A stretch of DNA of 64,000 nt from Camelus dromedarius (lineage: Eukaryota), in contig NC_087437.1 of the NCBI RefSeq assembly GCF_036321535.1, forward strand, positions 29,390,001 to 29,454,000, given 5' to 3'. How positions within the stretch are numbered: the stretch's first letter is position 1; each line of letters starts with the position of its first letter. Positions 1 through 12,243 of this stretch are shown here, in pieces. The position numbers were made by a program, and so were the translations under genes. A model generated the notes under the pieces. The model saw nothing but the letters and a program-made list of their open reading frames with translations. It searched no databases and was not told the origin of the DNA.

Positions 1-480
1 AAATGTGATTTAAAAAAATTACAGTTGCATAGATCAGAGTTTTATCTGTGTTGCTTGGAATGCTATGAAACTGAGATATTTTGGCATCTTTTATTGGGAT
101 TATCATATGATAAAACTGTGCTTGGTTGCTTATTATTGTTTATATAGAGAATGCATTCATTTTTATTCACTGAATTGTAGCTTCACTGTCTTGATCATTA
201 CTCACTATGAATATTCCTGTGCTTATCGTTAAGGTTTTTATGCCTTTGAGCTCAGTTTCTATTGAGTCTGCACTTACTGTCCTACTGTCCACAGAGAAAA
301 ACATTAAGAAGATGTCACTGAAAGAAATGTTAATGTAAAACCCTGCTTTATCAATTCAAGTGTTTACGCAGTTCATTTAATTTAACTTTGCATAAAGGCA
401 GCTGAATCACTGAACTTTGTTTTCACTTTTCATGGTTCTAATTACCGACTGCAATTCTGAAATACTTTAGCAGGAAATGG

Positions 481-1141
481 TCTAAGCGGAAGTGCAGCGG
501 GGAGAGCACTACCTTATTACTTCCCAAATGTAGAGGGACTCCTTTATCCTACCCCGCCTCATACCTTACTACCATCATCAACAGAGTGGAGGGTGAAGGC
601 GTGACATGCTGTGGAGTAGCAGGGGGTAAGAAAGAGGAATTCTAAATCTCCAAATTCACTGTGGCTGAGATCCCAAAATAACACCCCTCGTTGAACAATA
701 ACCAACAACTTGAAATTGCAGCTACATTTCCACCTGACTTAGGCTGCTGAGTGAATAGAAAACAAGCCTTAGACATTATAAATAGTAAAATATCCAAAAG
801 AGATATATAAATTTCTCTTTCCGGGAGCCATCTGTTTCTGTTGCAGAGTTGTAACAACCCAGGGACCTTCCCCTCCCTTCCCAGAGAGGATTTGTTTGCA
901 GTAGAGGGCAAAGTCTTCTCCCTTTTCAGGAGGGAAGGAAAAGCATTTATGCAATAGTCCCTAGATAAGCTCCAAGAGTCATAATTTTCAGGTCTTCTCT
1001 GGAAGAGCCCCCACTCTTTACACATAGGGTTATATGTGCCCCCATCATATTGCCCCAAAAGAGAAAAGAGCACGGGAACCAGCACTAAGATTGCTAGGTA
1101 AATAATCAGTCTGCACCTAACCCAGAAACTCCATGCTTACA
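481..1141. mobile_element. Old solo ERV-class LTR (family unassigned)
   Basis: GC-richer ~660 bp block with imperfect terminal inverted ends TCTAAGC (481-487) and GCTTACA (1135-1141), ending in CA. No clear TSD. Confidence 0.55.
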
Positions 1142-1245
1142 GTCAGGATAAAAGAAATATGGAAATAAAAAGTTATCACTCTCCCTCTGCCTAAACAAAG
1201 GAGCTAATCATCTTCTCCAGTCCTATTCTAAATGGACATGCAAAG

Positions 1246-2061
1246 AATTGTTTCCAATAGCTAGACAATAAAATTATTTTCAATCAGATATCAAATACCT
1301 ATGAAAAGTGACCATGTACTACACTGTAAAATAACTGTCAATATGTTTTAAAGAAATATAGAAATAGAGACCATGTTCTCTACCCATAGTAGAGTTCAGC
1401 TGAAATCTGAGACAAAAAGAAAACAAGCAAAGACACTTAGATTTTTTAAAGAAATACTTTCAAGAAATCTATGCAAAGAGACCATAATTAATTTTTAAAT
1501 GTAGAATAACAATAAATAGATACTGTCTTTATCTGTAGGATATAGCTAAAGAGATTTAGAGGGAAGTATATAACCTTAAAGGCATGAATTCAATTTGCAA
1601 AAGAGAAAGACCAAAATTTAATGAGCTAAGGTTCCAACTTTCAAGTTGAAACAAAGAACAAATAATCCCAAAGAAAGTATGAAAGCGGTATCAGAGAAGT
1701 TACTGAAATTGAAAACCAAAATCAGAGGGCAACAAATTTAAAAGTTTGTAGTTTGAAAAGAAAACAACTGATAATTATTATCAACTGGAAATATTGACTA
1801 AGGAAAAGAGAAGAAACAGTGTAAAGAGAGACATATTTATAGATGTAGCAGATCTAAACTGAATGCTTTTTTTTTTTTAAAGATTAAAGGAAATGACTCA
1901 CTAATTTAGTATCTTCCTAAAAGAAACTATCATGTCTGAACAGTTTTATAGGTGACTTCTACAAATACTTAAAAAAAAAAAACCCAGATAATTTAAATAT
2001 TACATAAAGTCTTGATACTTCCTACCTGTATTTTACCAGGTAAGCATAATATTGATACAAA
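1246..2061 (+). mobile_element. Ancient L1 ORF2 fragment (late endonuclease to pre-RT region), degenerate
   Basis: A-rich L1 ORF2-like text (e.g. gggaagtatataaccttaaaggc, cagttttataggtgacttctacaaatac). Flanked by a degenerate direct repeat aaatggacatgcaaag (1230-1245) / aaatagacatggaaaag (2062-2078). Confidence 0.75.
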
Positions 2062-3679
2062 AAATAGACATGGAAAAGTAATCTGTATTACTGGTTATGG
2101 TGTAGCCTCAACCACTTCCCCTAGGGTGTAAGCACCTTTTAATTCCTGAATGAGTCACAATAAATTTTAAGTAAATGAAAACCACAATATGTTTACATTA
2201 AGGACTTCTTATATATTTGATGTTTTATCTATTTGTAATGCTCAAAAAATCTAGTCTATCAGAGTAGCAGGTCAACATTGTGATTCTAATGCAACTGTGT
2301 TATTGAAGAATCAGTTGAGACTTATGATTTTAATTTGAAATGAGTACATAAAGCATTGAAGCAAGTAAAAGAATTAATAATCATTATGTTTGTTAGATTT
2401 TTAAAAATTAAGTACTCAGCATTTTTTATTGTTAAATTAAACAGGAGAAGTACTTAAGATAAATATACTCTACAACATTTATACATGTACTTGGAATATT
2501 TACATGAATTTGGTTAATAAAAGAAATTAATCACATCTTTTAGATATGATTCTACTTATATACCCAGGAAATATTTATAAGATGCAGCAGTAATTTTGTG
2601 CAGTATCATGGCAAATACTATGAGATATACTACAGAAAAGGCAAAAATGAGTTTCTAAACATATGTAAAGAAACACTAGCCTGAAAGTCCTTTCAGGGCA
2701 AAATCTCAAAAAAGACTGATTAAATGAACTGCAATGTGGTTGGGAAGTACAGAATCTCAAATTATGTAATAAAATCTATGAAACATATGTTGTTCAATGA
2801 ATAAATGAAGGCAGTTAATAATATACCAGATGGGAAAAAAATGGCAGACAGGGTATTTGAAGATTCACATTTCTCAAAGAAGAGATCTAGCTCAATAAAT
2901 GCCAGCTCAGACCAGTCTTGAAAGATTTTTCTCCAGCATCTCTTGTTCTAGTCACTAATTTTAAAGGATGACTGATTCCATCATGGTCCTAAATTTTCAA
3001 CCGGGTGGTCTCAGACCTACCTACCAAGATGTTAATTCTGCCTCTCCACCCCAATTTGTTTTTAATACATTGTTAGCTCTATGAAAAGTCTTGTTACCTA
3101 CATAAAATGTGAAAATAAGTAATTCTGAAAAAAATGAGTAATCGGAGAATAAAATTGGGGGGGTTATGTACATGTAGTAATATATTTGAAATCGTTGTGC
3201 AGCTTCAGTAATGCTTTTGTTTATTGTTTTAAGTATGTTAGATACACTCAGAAGAATACGAGTTATTGAATTTTGAAGTTTTCTTTATTAGATTTACGAG
3301 TGTTGTTTACATGCTTAAAGAACACAGGTGTATAGATTTACAAATCTTCCCTCAGTTGTTTGAAGGGCTTGAGAAAAATCAGATAAATCTGGGACTACAG
3401 TTTGAAATATCTAAGGAAATTTACATAAACTTGATTGTAAATGCTGTTAAGTATATCAAGGAATTTAATCTGCCAAATCTATTAGCTATGTATTTATCAA
3501 AATGAAAGTGATTTTTAAAAATTTTAACACAAAAGAACTAGATTCATAAAGAAAATAAGAGGCTTAATCATTTGTGCATTACGGTTTAAAAATTAGGTTC
3601 CTCTTTTTAATATAAAACTTTAATGAGCTGAATTCCAATCAAAGCATAATTTTGAGTATTTCTATATACTAAAATGCCT

Positions 3680-3822
3680 TTTACACATACATATATCCCT
3701 TTTCATATTCTTTTTCATTAAAGTTTATTACAAGATATTGAATATAGTTCCCTGTGCTATACAGAAGAAACTTGTGTTTTTAATCTATTTTTATATGTAG
3801 TGGCTAACATTTGCAAATCTCA
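3680..3822 (-). mobile_element. Short L1 3' UTR fragment (lineage-specific family)
   Basis: gatattgaatatagttccctgtgctatacagaagaaa is the reverse complement of the 3' UTR seen at ~9010-9050. Confidence 0.8.
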
Positions 3823-3959
3823 GATTACATACTTTTGATGATTTTGGTAGGTAAATGACCTATTTCAGGTCCTGGTAAATAGCAATAATACAAATGGTAG
3901 TTATGTATTGTTAACACAGGCATCTAGCTAAAAGTACATGTCCAATATTAAGTGTCTGA

Positions 3960-4200
3960 TGAGATCTGCTTTAGTAAGGAAAGGCTTTATGGAGGTAGGT
4001 GGGTAGGATTTAGATGACAAGAGAGGAGAAAGCAGGAAATTTCAGGCTGAGGCTCAGAAGAAAGAAATCACAAGGCAAATCTGGAGGGCTGGAAACTGAA
4101 AGTTTACAAAGATTTATGTTGAAGAAATTATTATGAGCAAATGGATTAACTTCAGGTTGTAGAGAACCTGGAATAACAAAGGAGTTTGAGTTTAAACTAG
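3960..4200 (-). mobile_element. L2 fragment
   Basis: Purine-rich degenerate L2-like text (aggaaaggctttatggaggtagg ... aaggagtttgagttt). Confidence 0.45.
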
Positions 4201-4665
4201 ATATTAGTCAATAATGGCTTAGATATTAAGAGCCGTGAAGTGTAAAAAGGTAAGCACTAAATATTGAACACTGGAACTAGATCTAAGTGGAATGATTGTC
4301 AAAATGATACTATTTGTTGACCAAAATCATGCACTTCCCAATAACATTTTCTAAGAATGAAACTAAGTTTTATTGAGTGGAAATACATTGGAAAATGTAG
4401 AACATTGTAACTTTCATGAATTTGATTTTTTGAAGATAACAGGTTTATTTTGTTAATCTGTTTTAGAGATTCAAATGATTTTACCACAGAAATACTAAGC
4501 TAACACAAAATCTCAACTCCAAGTTATAAAATGGCGATGAAATCCTGAAGAAAGAAACTGTCATTTGTCTTGGTTCTCAACTGAGAAACAACAATGAAAT
4601 ACATTCATTCTTTTTTAAAATAAATTCAGAAGTATTTCTAGTTACAGTGACATATCAATAGTATC

Positions 4666-5120
4666 TTTTTTTCTAAATTATAGTTAATTTACACTGTTGT
4701 GTTAGTTTCAGTTGTACAACAAAGTGATTCAGTTATACATATATATATATATAATATATATTCTTTTCCATTATAAGTTATTCCAAGATATTAAATATAG
4801 TTCCTAGTGCTATATGGTAGGTCCTTATTGTTTATGTATTTTGTATATAGCAGTGTGTATATGTTAATCCCAAACTCCTGAATTATCCCCTCCCCTAGTC
4901 CTGCTTTCCCCTTTGGTAACCCTAAGTTTCTTTTCTATGTCTGTGAGTCTATTTCCGGTTTGTAAATAAGTTCATTTGTATCATTTTTTTAGATTCCACA
5001 CATAAATGATATTATATTTGTCTTTTTCTGACTTATCTCAGTATAATAATCTCTAGGTCCATCCACATTGCTGCAAACATCATGACTTCATTCTTTTTAT
5101 GGCTGAATAATACTCCATTG
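4666..5120 (-). mobile_element. 5'-truncated L1 3' end
   Basis: T-run followed by antisense L1 3' UTR/ORF2 end (tctaggtccatccacattgctgcaaa, tttttatggctgaataatactccattg). Confidence 0.9.
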
Positions 5121-5174
5121 TGTGTATGTGTGTTACATACACACACTACACAGAGAAAAATAATTTGTTTTGTA

Positions 5175-8100
5175 CAAGGGAAATCCTATGAGGCTCTCAG
5201 ATTTTTTAAACAGAAACTTTCCATGCCAGAAGGGGGTGCTATGACATATGCAAAATGATGAAGGAAATAACCTTGCTGGGTAGAGAATTCTTGACTGGAG
5301 GTTATCATTTAGAATTGAAGAAGAGATTTAGAGTTTCCCAGAAAACAGAAGCTAAAGAAGTTCATCACCACTAAGTCAACCCAACAAGAAATGTTAAAGG
5401 GACTACTTTAAGCTGAAAATAAATGGCACTAATTAACAATAAAAAATATATATATATGAGAGTAAAAATCTCACTGTTAAAGGTAAATACATAAAGGTAG
5501 TGGATCAGTCACTTATATGGCAAGCAAGAAGGTTAAAACAAAAAAAGTAGTAAAATTAAAATTACAAGAATTACTTAAAGGATGCATAAAATAAAAAATG
5601 TAGAAAGTGTCACTGAAAGTATAAAGCATGGGGAGAGTAAAAAATAAAGCTATGGAATGTGTTCAAATTTAAGTTGCTACCAACTTAAACAGGCAGCTAT
5701 TCACACAGGATCTTATATGTGAACCTTATGATAACCACAAGGAAAATACTTAAAGTAAATACACAACATAAAATGAGAGAGAAATGCAAACATAGCACAA
5801 AGGAAAATCACCAAAACACAAGGGAGAAGAGAAAAAGAAGGAACAGAGGAACAATAACAAAAACAGCCAGAAAACAATGAACAAAATGGCAATAAGCACA
5901 TACCTATCAATAACTAGTTTAAATGAAAATGGACTAAATTCACCAAAAGACAGAGAATGGCTGAATAGTTAAGGACACAAGACCTGTTCATATACTTACT
6001 ACAACAGATTCACCTCAGAAGAAAAGACACACAGACTGAAAGTGAAGAGATGGAAAAAGATACATCATGCAAATGGAAATGAAAAGGAAAAGAAGCTAGT
6101 GTAAGCTATGTTCATATCAGACAAAACATACGTTAAAACAGAAACTAAAATAAAAGACAATGAACAACATTACATAGTTATAAAGGGGTCAGTCCATCAA
6201 GGAGATATAACATTTGTAAATGTATAACATGTACCCGACAGAGGAGCACCAAGATAGACAAAGCAAATATAGACAAAAAGAGAAACTGAAAACAAGACAC
6301 TAATAGTAGGGGGACTTTAACACCCCACTTACATCAATGGCTAGATCATTCAGACAGAAAAATCAGTAAGAAAACATCAGACTTAAATGACACAATAGAC
6401 CAGACAGACTGACATATATACAGATATATACTGACATACATTATATGTATGTATATATTTACATACATATATATATATAATATAACATTCTATCCAAAAT
6501 CAGAATACAGTCTTCTCAAGTGCACATGGAACATTCTTCCAGGTAAATCATATGTTAGGTCACAAAACAAGCTTAAATTTAAGAAGACTGGAATCATATC
6601 AAGCATTTTCTCCAACTACAATGATATGAAACTAGAAGTCAGTCACAAGAAAAAAGAGGGAAAAACTGCAAAAACATGAAGGTTAAACAACCTGCTACTG
6701 AACCACAATGGGTCAAAGAAATCAAAGGAGAAATTAAATACTTAGAGACATATGAAAACAGAAAAATAACATACCAAAATCTATGGGCTGCAGTAAAAGA
6801 ATCTTAAGAGAGAAGATCACAGTAATACAGATCTACCTCAAGAAACAAGAAAAATCCCAAATAAACAATCTTAGATGTCAACTTAAGGAACCAGAAGAAC
6901 AAATGAAACCCAAGATTGATAGAAGGAAGAGTATAATAAAGATCAGAATAGAAATGAAATAGAGAATTTAAAAAATGGAAAAGATCAATAAAACTAAGAG
7001 CTAGCTCTTTGAAAAGATACACCAAATCAACAAAACCATTAGCTAGATTAAGAAAAAAGATGACTCAAAATCAGAAATTAAATGTTACAACTGATACCAC
7101 AGAAAGACAAATGATTATAAGAATATATGAATATTTCTTTAAATCATCCTTAATCGATGTTTTATAGTTCTCCATGTATAAATCTTTCACCTCCTTAGTC
7201 AGATTTAGTCCTAAGTATTTTATTGTTTTGGATGCAATTTTAAAAGGATTTGCTTCTTTACTTCTGTTTTCTGATATTTCAATGTTAGTGTAAAGAAATG
7301 CAGTTGATTTCTATATGTTAATCTTGTATCCTGCTACCTTACTGAATTCTCTTATCAGCTCTAGGAGTTTTTCTGTAGAGCTTTTAGGGTTTTCTATATA
7401 TAATATCATGTCAAGAAATGGAAAGATATCCCATGCTCTTGGATTAGAAGAATCAATATTGTTAAAATGGCCATACTGCCCAAGGCAATCTATAGATTTA
7501 ATGTGACCACTATCAAATTACCCAGGATATTTTTCACAGAAGTAGAACAAATAATCCTAAAATTTATATGGCATCACAAAAGATCCAGAATTGCCACAGT
7601 AGTACTGAAGAAAAAGAACAAAGCTGGAGTAATAACCCTCCTAGATTTCAGACAATACTACAGAGATACAGTAATCAAAACAACATGATATTGGCACAAA
7701 AACAGATATACGGATAGATGGAACAGAATACAGAGCCCAGAAATAACCCCCCACACCTACGGTCAATTAATCTTTGACAAAGGAGGCAAGAATATACAAT
7801 GGAGAAAACAGTCTATTCAGCAAGTGGTGTTGGGAAAAATGGACAGCTGCATGTATATCAATAAAGTTAGAACACCACACACAAAAATAAACTCAAAATG
7901 GCATAAAGACTTAAATATAAGACAAGGCACTATAAACCTCCTAGAAGAAAACATAGGCAAAATATTCTCTGACATAAATCTTAGCAATGTTCTCCTAGGG
8001 CAGTCTATCCAGGCAACAGAAATAAAAGCAAAAACAAACAAATGGGACCTAATTAAACTTATAAGCTTTTTCACAGCAAAGGAAACCATAAGCAAAACAA

Positions 8101-11100
8101 AAAGACAACCTATGGAATAGGAGAAAATATTTGCAAATGAAGCAACTGCCAAAGATTTAATTTCCAGAATATATAAACAGCTCATACAACTTAAGAAAAA
8201 AACAAGCGACCCAATCCAAAAATGGGCAGAAGACCTAAACAAGCACTTTTCCAATGAAGACATACAAATGACCAATAGGCACATGAAAAAATGCTCAGTA
8301 TCGCTAATTAACAGCGAAAGGCAAATCAAAACTGCAATGTAGTACCACCCCGCACCAGTCATAATGGCCATCAATCAAAAGTCCACAAATGATAAACGCT
8401 GGAGAGGCTGTAGAGAAAAGGAAACCCTCCTACACTGCTGGTGGGAATGTAGTCTGGTGCAGCCATTATGGAGAACAGCATGGAGGTTCCCCAAAAAACT
8501 AACAATAGACTTACCATATGATCCAGCAATCCCACTCCTGGGCATATATTCAGAGAGAATTCTAACTCAAAAAAGATACATCCACCTCAATGTTCATAGC
8601 AGCACTATATACAATAGCCAAGACATAAAAGCAACCTAAATGTCCATTGACAGATGACTGGATAAAGAAGTTGTGGTCTATTTATACAATGGAATACTAC
8701 TCAGTGATTAAAAAAGAAAAAAAAGAGTAACATAATGCCATATGCAGCACAATGATTAGACCTGGAGATTGTCATTCTAAATGAAGTAAGCCAGAAAGAG
8801 AAAGAAAAATATCATGTGGTATCACTCATATGTGGAATCTAAAGAAAAAAGAAAAAAAGAGGACACTAATGAACTCATCTACAAAGCAGAAACAGACTCA
8901 CATAGTAAACAATCTTATGATACTGGGGGAAAGGGGGTGGGGAGGGATAAATTTGGGAGTTTGAGATTTGTAAATGTTAACCACTATATATAAAAATAGA
9001 TAAAAAACAAATTTCTTCTGTATAGCACAGGGAACTATATTCAATAACTTGTAATAACCTTTAATGAAAAAGAATATGAAAATAAATATATGTATATATA
9101 AGTATGACTGGGATATTAGGCTGTACACCAGAAATTGACACATTATAACTGATTCTACTTCAACAAAAAAGACTATATGAACAATTATATGCCAACAAAC
9201 TTTACAACCTAGAAGAAGTGGGTAAATTCCTAGACATACAATCTTCCAAGATTGAATCATGAAGAAATAGAAAATCTAAACAGACTTCTTACTAGCAAGG
9301 AAATTAAAATAGTAATAAAAATCTCCCAACAAACAAAAGCCCCAGAACAGCCTTGTGGCAAATTCTGACAGCCTTACTAACAAATTCTAAAAAACATTTA
9401 AAGAAGATTTAATATCTATCCTTCTCAAACTCTTCCAAAAAATACATTTTACAAAGCCAACACTATCCTGATACCCAAACCAGACAAGAACACCAGAAAA
9501 ATGGAAAATTACACAATAATATCCTTGATGACTACAGATGGAAAAATACTCAACAAAATATAGCAAACTGAACAATACACTAAAATGACCATATACCACA
9601 ATCAAGTGGGAATTATTTATTCCAGGGATGCAAGGATGATTCAGCATCTACAAGTCAATCAACATGATACATCACATCAACAAAATGAAGGCTAAGAATC
9701 ATATGGTCATTTCAAAAGATGCAGAAAAAGCATGTGACAAAATTCAATATCCATTTATGATAAAAACTCAAGTGGTATAGAAGGAATGTACCTCAAACAT
9801 AATAAAGGCCATATATGACAAATCCACAGGTAATATCATACTCAAAAGAGATTTCAACTTTTCCTTTAAGATCAGGAACAAGACAAGGATGGCCATTCTT
9901 ACTTTTAACATATTATTGGAAGTCCTACCTATAGCAATTAGGCAAAAAATAAGAGATACAAATCAGACAGGGAAAAGTAAACTGTCACTATTTGTAGATG
10001 ACATGATACTGTATGGAGAACCCTAAAGACTCCACCAAAAAACTGTTAGAGCAAGTAAATAAATTCAGTAGTCACAGGATACAAAATCAGTATACAAAAA
10101 TCTGTGGTATCTCCATACACTAATAACAAACTGTCAGAGATATTAAGAAAATAATCTCATTTATAATTTCATCAAGAATACCTAGAAATACATTAAACCA
10201 AAGAGGTAAGAGACCTGTACACTGAAAAGTGTAAGACAGTGATGAAAAAAATTAAAGACTCAAATAAATGGAAAGATATTCCATGTTCTTGGATTGGAAG
10301 AATTAAAACTGTTAAAATGTGCATGCTATGTAAACCACTTTAGAATTCAATGCAATCCCTATCAAAATGCCAATGGCATGTTTCAAAAAACTAGAAAAAA
10401 GAATTCTAAAATTTGTATGGAACCACAAAAGATCCCGAATAACCAAAACCATTTTGAGAAAGAACACAGCTGGAGCTGTTACACTCTCTGATTTCAAATT
10501 ATATTACAAAGCTATATTAATTAAAAGAGTATGGCAGTGGCACAAAAACAGACACAGATCAGTGGAACAGAACTGACAGCCCAGAAACAAACCACATGTA
10601 TAAACAATTACTTTATAACAAAGGAGCCAAGAACATACAATGGGAAAAGGATAGTTTCTTCAGTTAATAATGTTGGAAAACTGGACAGCTGCAAGCAAAA
10701 TAAAACTAGGCCACTATCTTACAGTATACATAAAAATTAACTCAAAATGGATTAAGGACTTAAGTGGAAGACTTGAAAGAATATAATTCCTAGAAGAAAA
10801 CATAAAAAGTAACCTAACTGACATCAGTATCAGTAGTGTTTTTGTGGATCTGACATCAAAAGGAAGAGAAACTAGAGAAAAATAAATGAGACTACTTCAA
10901 ACTAAAAAGTTTCTGCACAGCAAAAAAAAAAAAAATCATCAAAACTAGAAGGTAACTTACAGATTGGGGTAAGATATTTGCAAATTTATCCAATAAGAGG
11001 TTAATGTTTAATATATATCAAGAACTCATCCAACTCAACAGCAAAAAAACAAACAATTCAATTACAAACGGTCAGAGGACCTGCATAGACATTTTTCCAA

Positions 11101-11800
11101 AGAAGACTGACAGGATGGCCAAAACACATATGAAAAAATGTTCAGCTTCACTAATCATCAGGCATCAGGGACATGTAAATCAAACCCATAATGAAATATC
11201 ACCTCACACCTGTTAATGTCTATAACAAATGTTGGAGAGGATATGAAAAAAAGGGAACCCTCATACACTGTTGGTGGGATTCTGTATTGGTGCAGCTGCT
11301 ATGGAAAACAATATGAAGATTACCTCCAGAATTAGGGATAGAACTACCTACCATATGACTCAAATATTTCACTTCTGGATATTAACCCAGAGAACATGAA
11401 AACACTAATTTAAAAAGATATATGCACCCCTATGCTGATTGCAGCATTATTTACAATAGCCAAGACATGGAAACAACTGAAGTACCCACTGATGGATGAA
11501 TGGATAAAGATATACACAATTAAATTTTATCCCCCAATAAAAGGGAATGAAGGGAATGAAATCCTGCTATTTGCAGCATGGATGGACCCTGAAAGTGAAA
11601 AAAGTTAGATGGAGAAAGACAAATACTATATGATTTCATTCATATGTGAAATCTAGAAAACCAAAATAAAACAAAACCTAACTCATAGATACAGAGACAG
11701 ATTAGTGGTTACCAGAGGGGAAAGGGATTGAGCGAAATGGATGTAGGGGTCAACTGTATGGTCATGGATCGTAACTAGATTCATGGTAGTGATCACTTTG
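5175..11800 (+). mobile_element. 5'-truncated decayed L1 (ORF1 3' part, inter-ORF, ORF2, 3' UTR), interrupted by a younger L1 at 7132-9168
   Basis: ORF1 C-terminal remnants at 5175-5410; ORF2 start ATGGCAATAAG at 5886; endonuclease GDFN-like ggggactttaac at ~6310; RT FVDDM at ~9990-10005; 3' UTR to ~11800. Many frameshifts. Confidence 0.92.
7132..9168 (+). mobile_element. Younger 5'-inverted (twin-primed) L1 nested in the older L1
   Basis: Antisense RT segment 7132-7413 followed by sense ORF2 end, 3' UTR and short poly(A). TSD aagaatatatgaa (7119-7131) / aagactatatgaa (9169-9181). Confidence 0.92.
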
Positions 11801-11950
11801 TTTGCAATATGATCTGAGCAGGTTCTGCCAACTTTCTTAGGAACCCTATAAACTTACATAACATCATTTCTCAGAGAGGAAAACAAAATGTCCAAATAGC
11901 TAACCTTGCCAATAACTAATGCCTTACTTCAAGGCTTCTTGGTCTAAATT

Positions 11951-12243
11951 AGCTGTGCCCAGGAGAAATACAATGTAAGCCACATATTTAAGTTCAAATT
12001 TTCTAGTAGCTACATTAAAAAGGTAAAAGAAACTGATAACATAAATAAGCATTATGTTATGTAATCCAATACATCCAAAATATTACCAAGTTAAAATGGA
12101 GTCAATACAAAAATTAATGCAATATCCTACTCTTTTGTTAGTATTGAGTCTCCTGATTTGGCATGTAGTTTACACTTACAGCACCTCTTTATTCAGACTA
12201 GTGAAGCATTACAGTTAGTGGCTATTGCTCTGGCATCATAGCT
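11951..12243. mobile_element. hAT-Charlie MITE, MER33-like
   Basis: agaaatacaatgtaagccacat, ttttctagtagctacattaaaaaggtaaaaga, tttacacttacagcac and ttagtggcta motifs. Confidence 0.75.

Larger units (their letters stand above)
1..2340 (+). pseudogene. Candidate decayed endogenous mononegavirus-like L (RdRp) gene fragment, capping/PRNTase domain; split by an LTR (481-1141) and an L1 fragment (1246-2061)
   Basis: Manual translation across frameshifts gives CVAWNAMKLR (47-76) then WHLLLGLSY (82-108), TLPLPKQ/GANHLLQ (1178-1220), ITGY...ENHNMF (2087-2194) and H..CNCVIEE (2276-2310). Order and spacing parallel L motifs A, D (HR), E and the Zn ligands. Many stops; not database-confirmed. Confidence 0.55.

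Noticed and set aside
488..508. GSAAGR as the viral HR motif
   Set aside because: Falls inside the LTR boundary (481 onward) and would need three changes in the His codon; 1215-1220 fits better.
642..1085. 147-aa minus-strand ORF
   Set aside because: Lies wholly within the LTR, has a non-ATG start and no recognisable domain.
3900..3950. ASS*KY as the L methyltransferase catalytic Lys motif
   Set aside because: Too short, contains a stop, and no GxGxG motif follows.
7817..8374. 185-aa hydrophobic minus-strand ORF
   Set aside because: Antisense frame of L1 ORF2, a well-known artefact.
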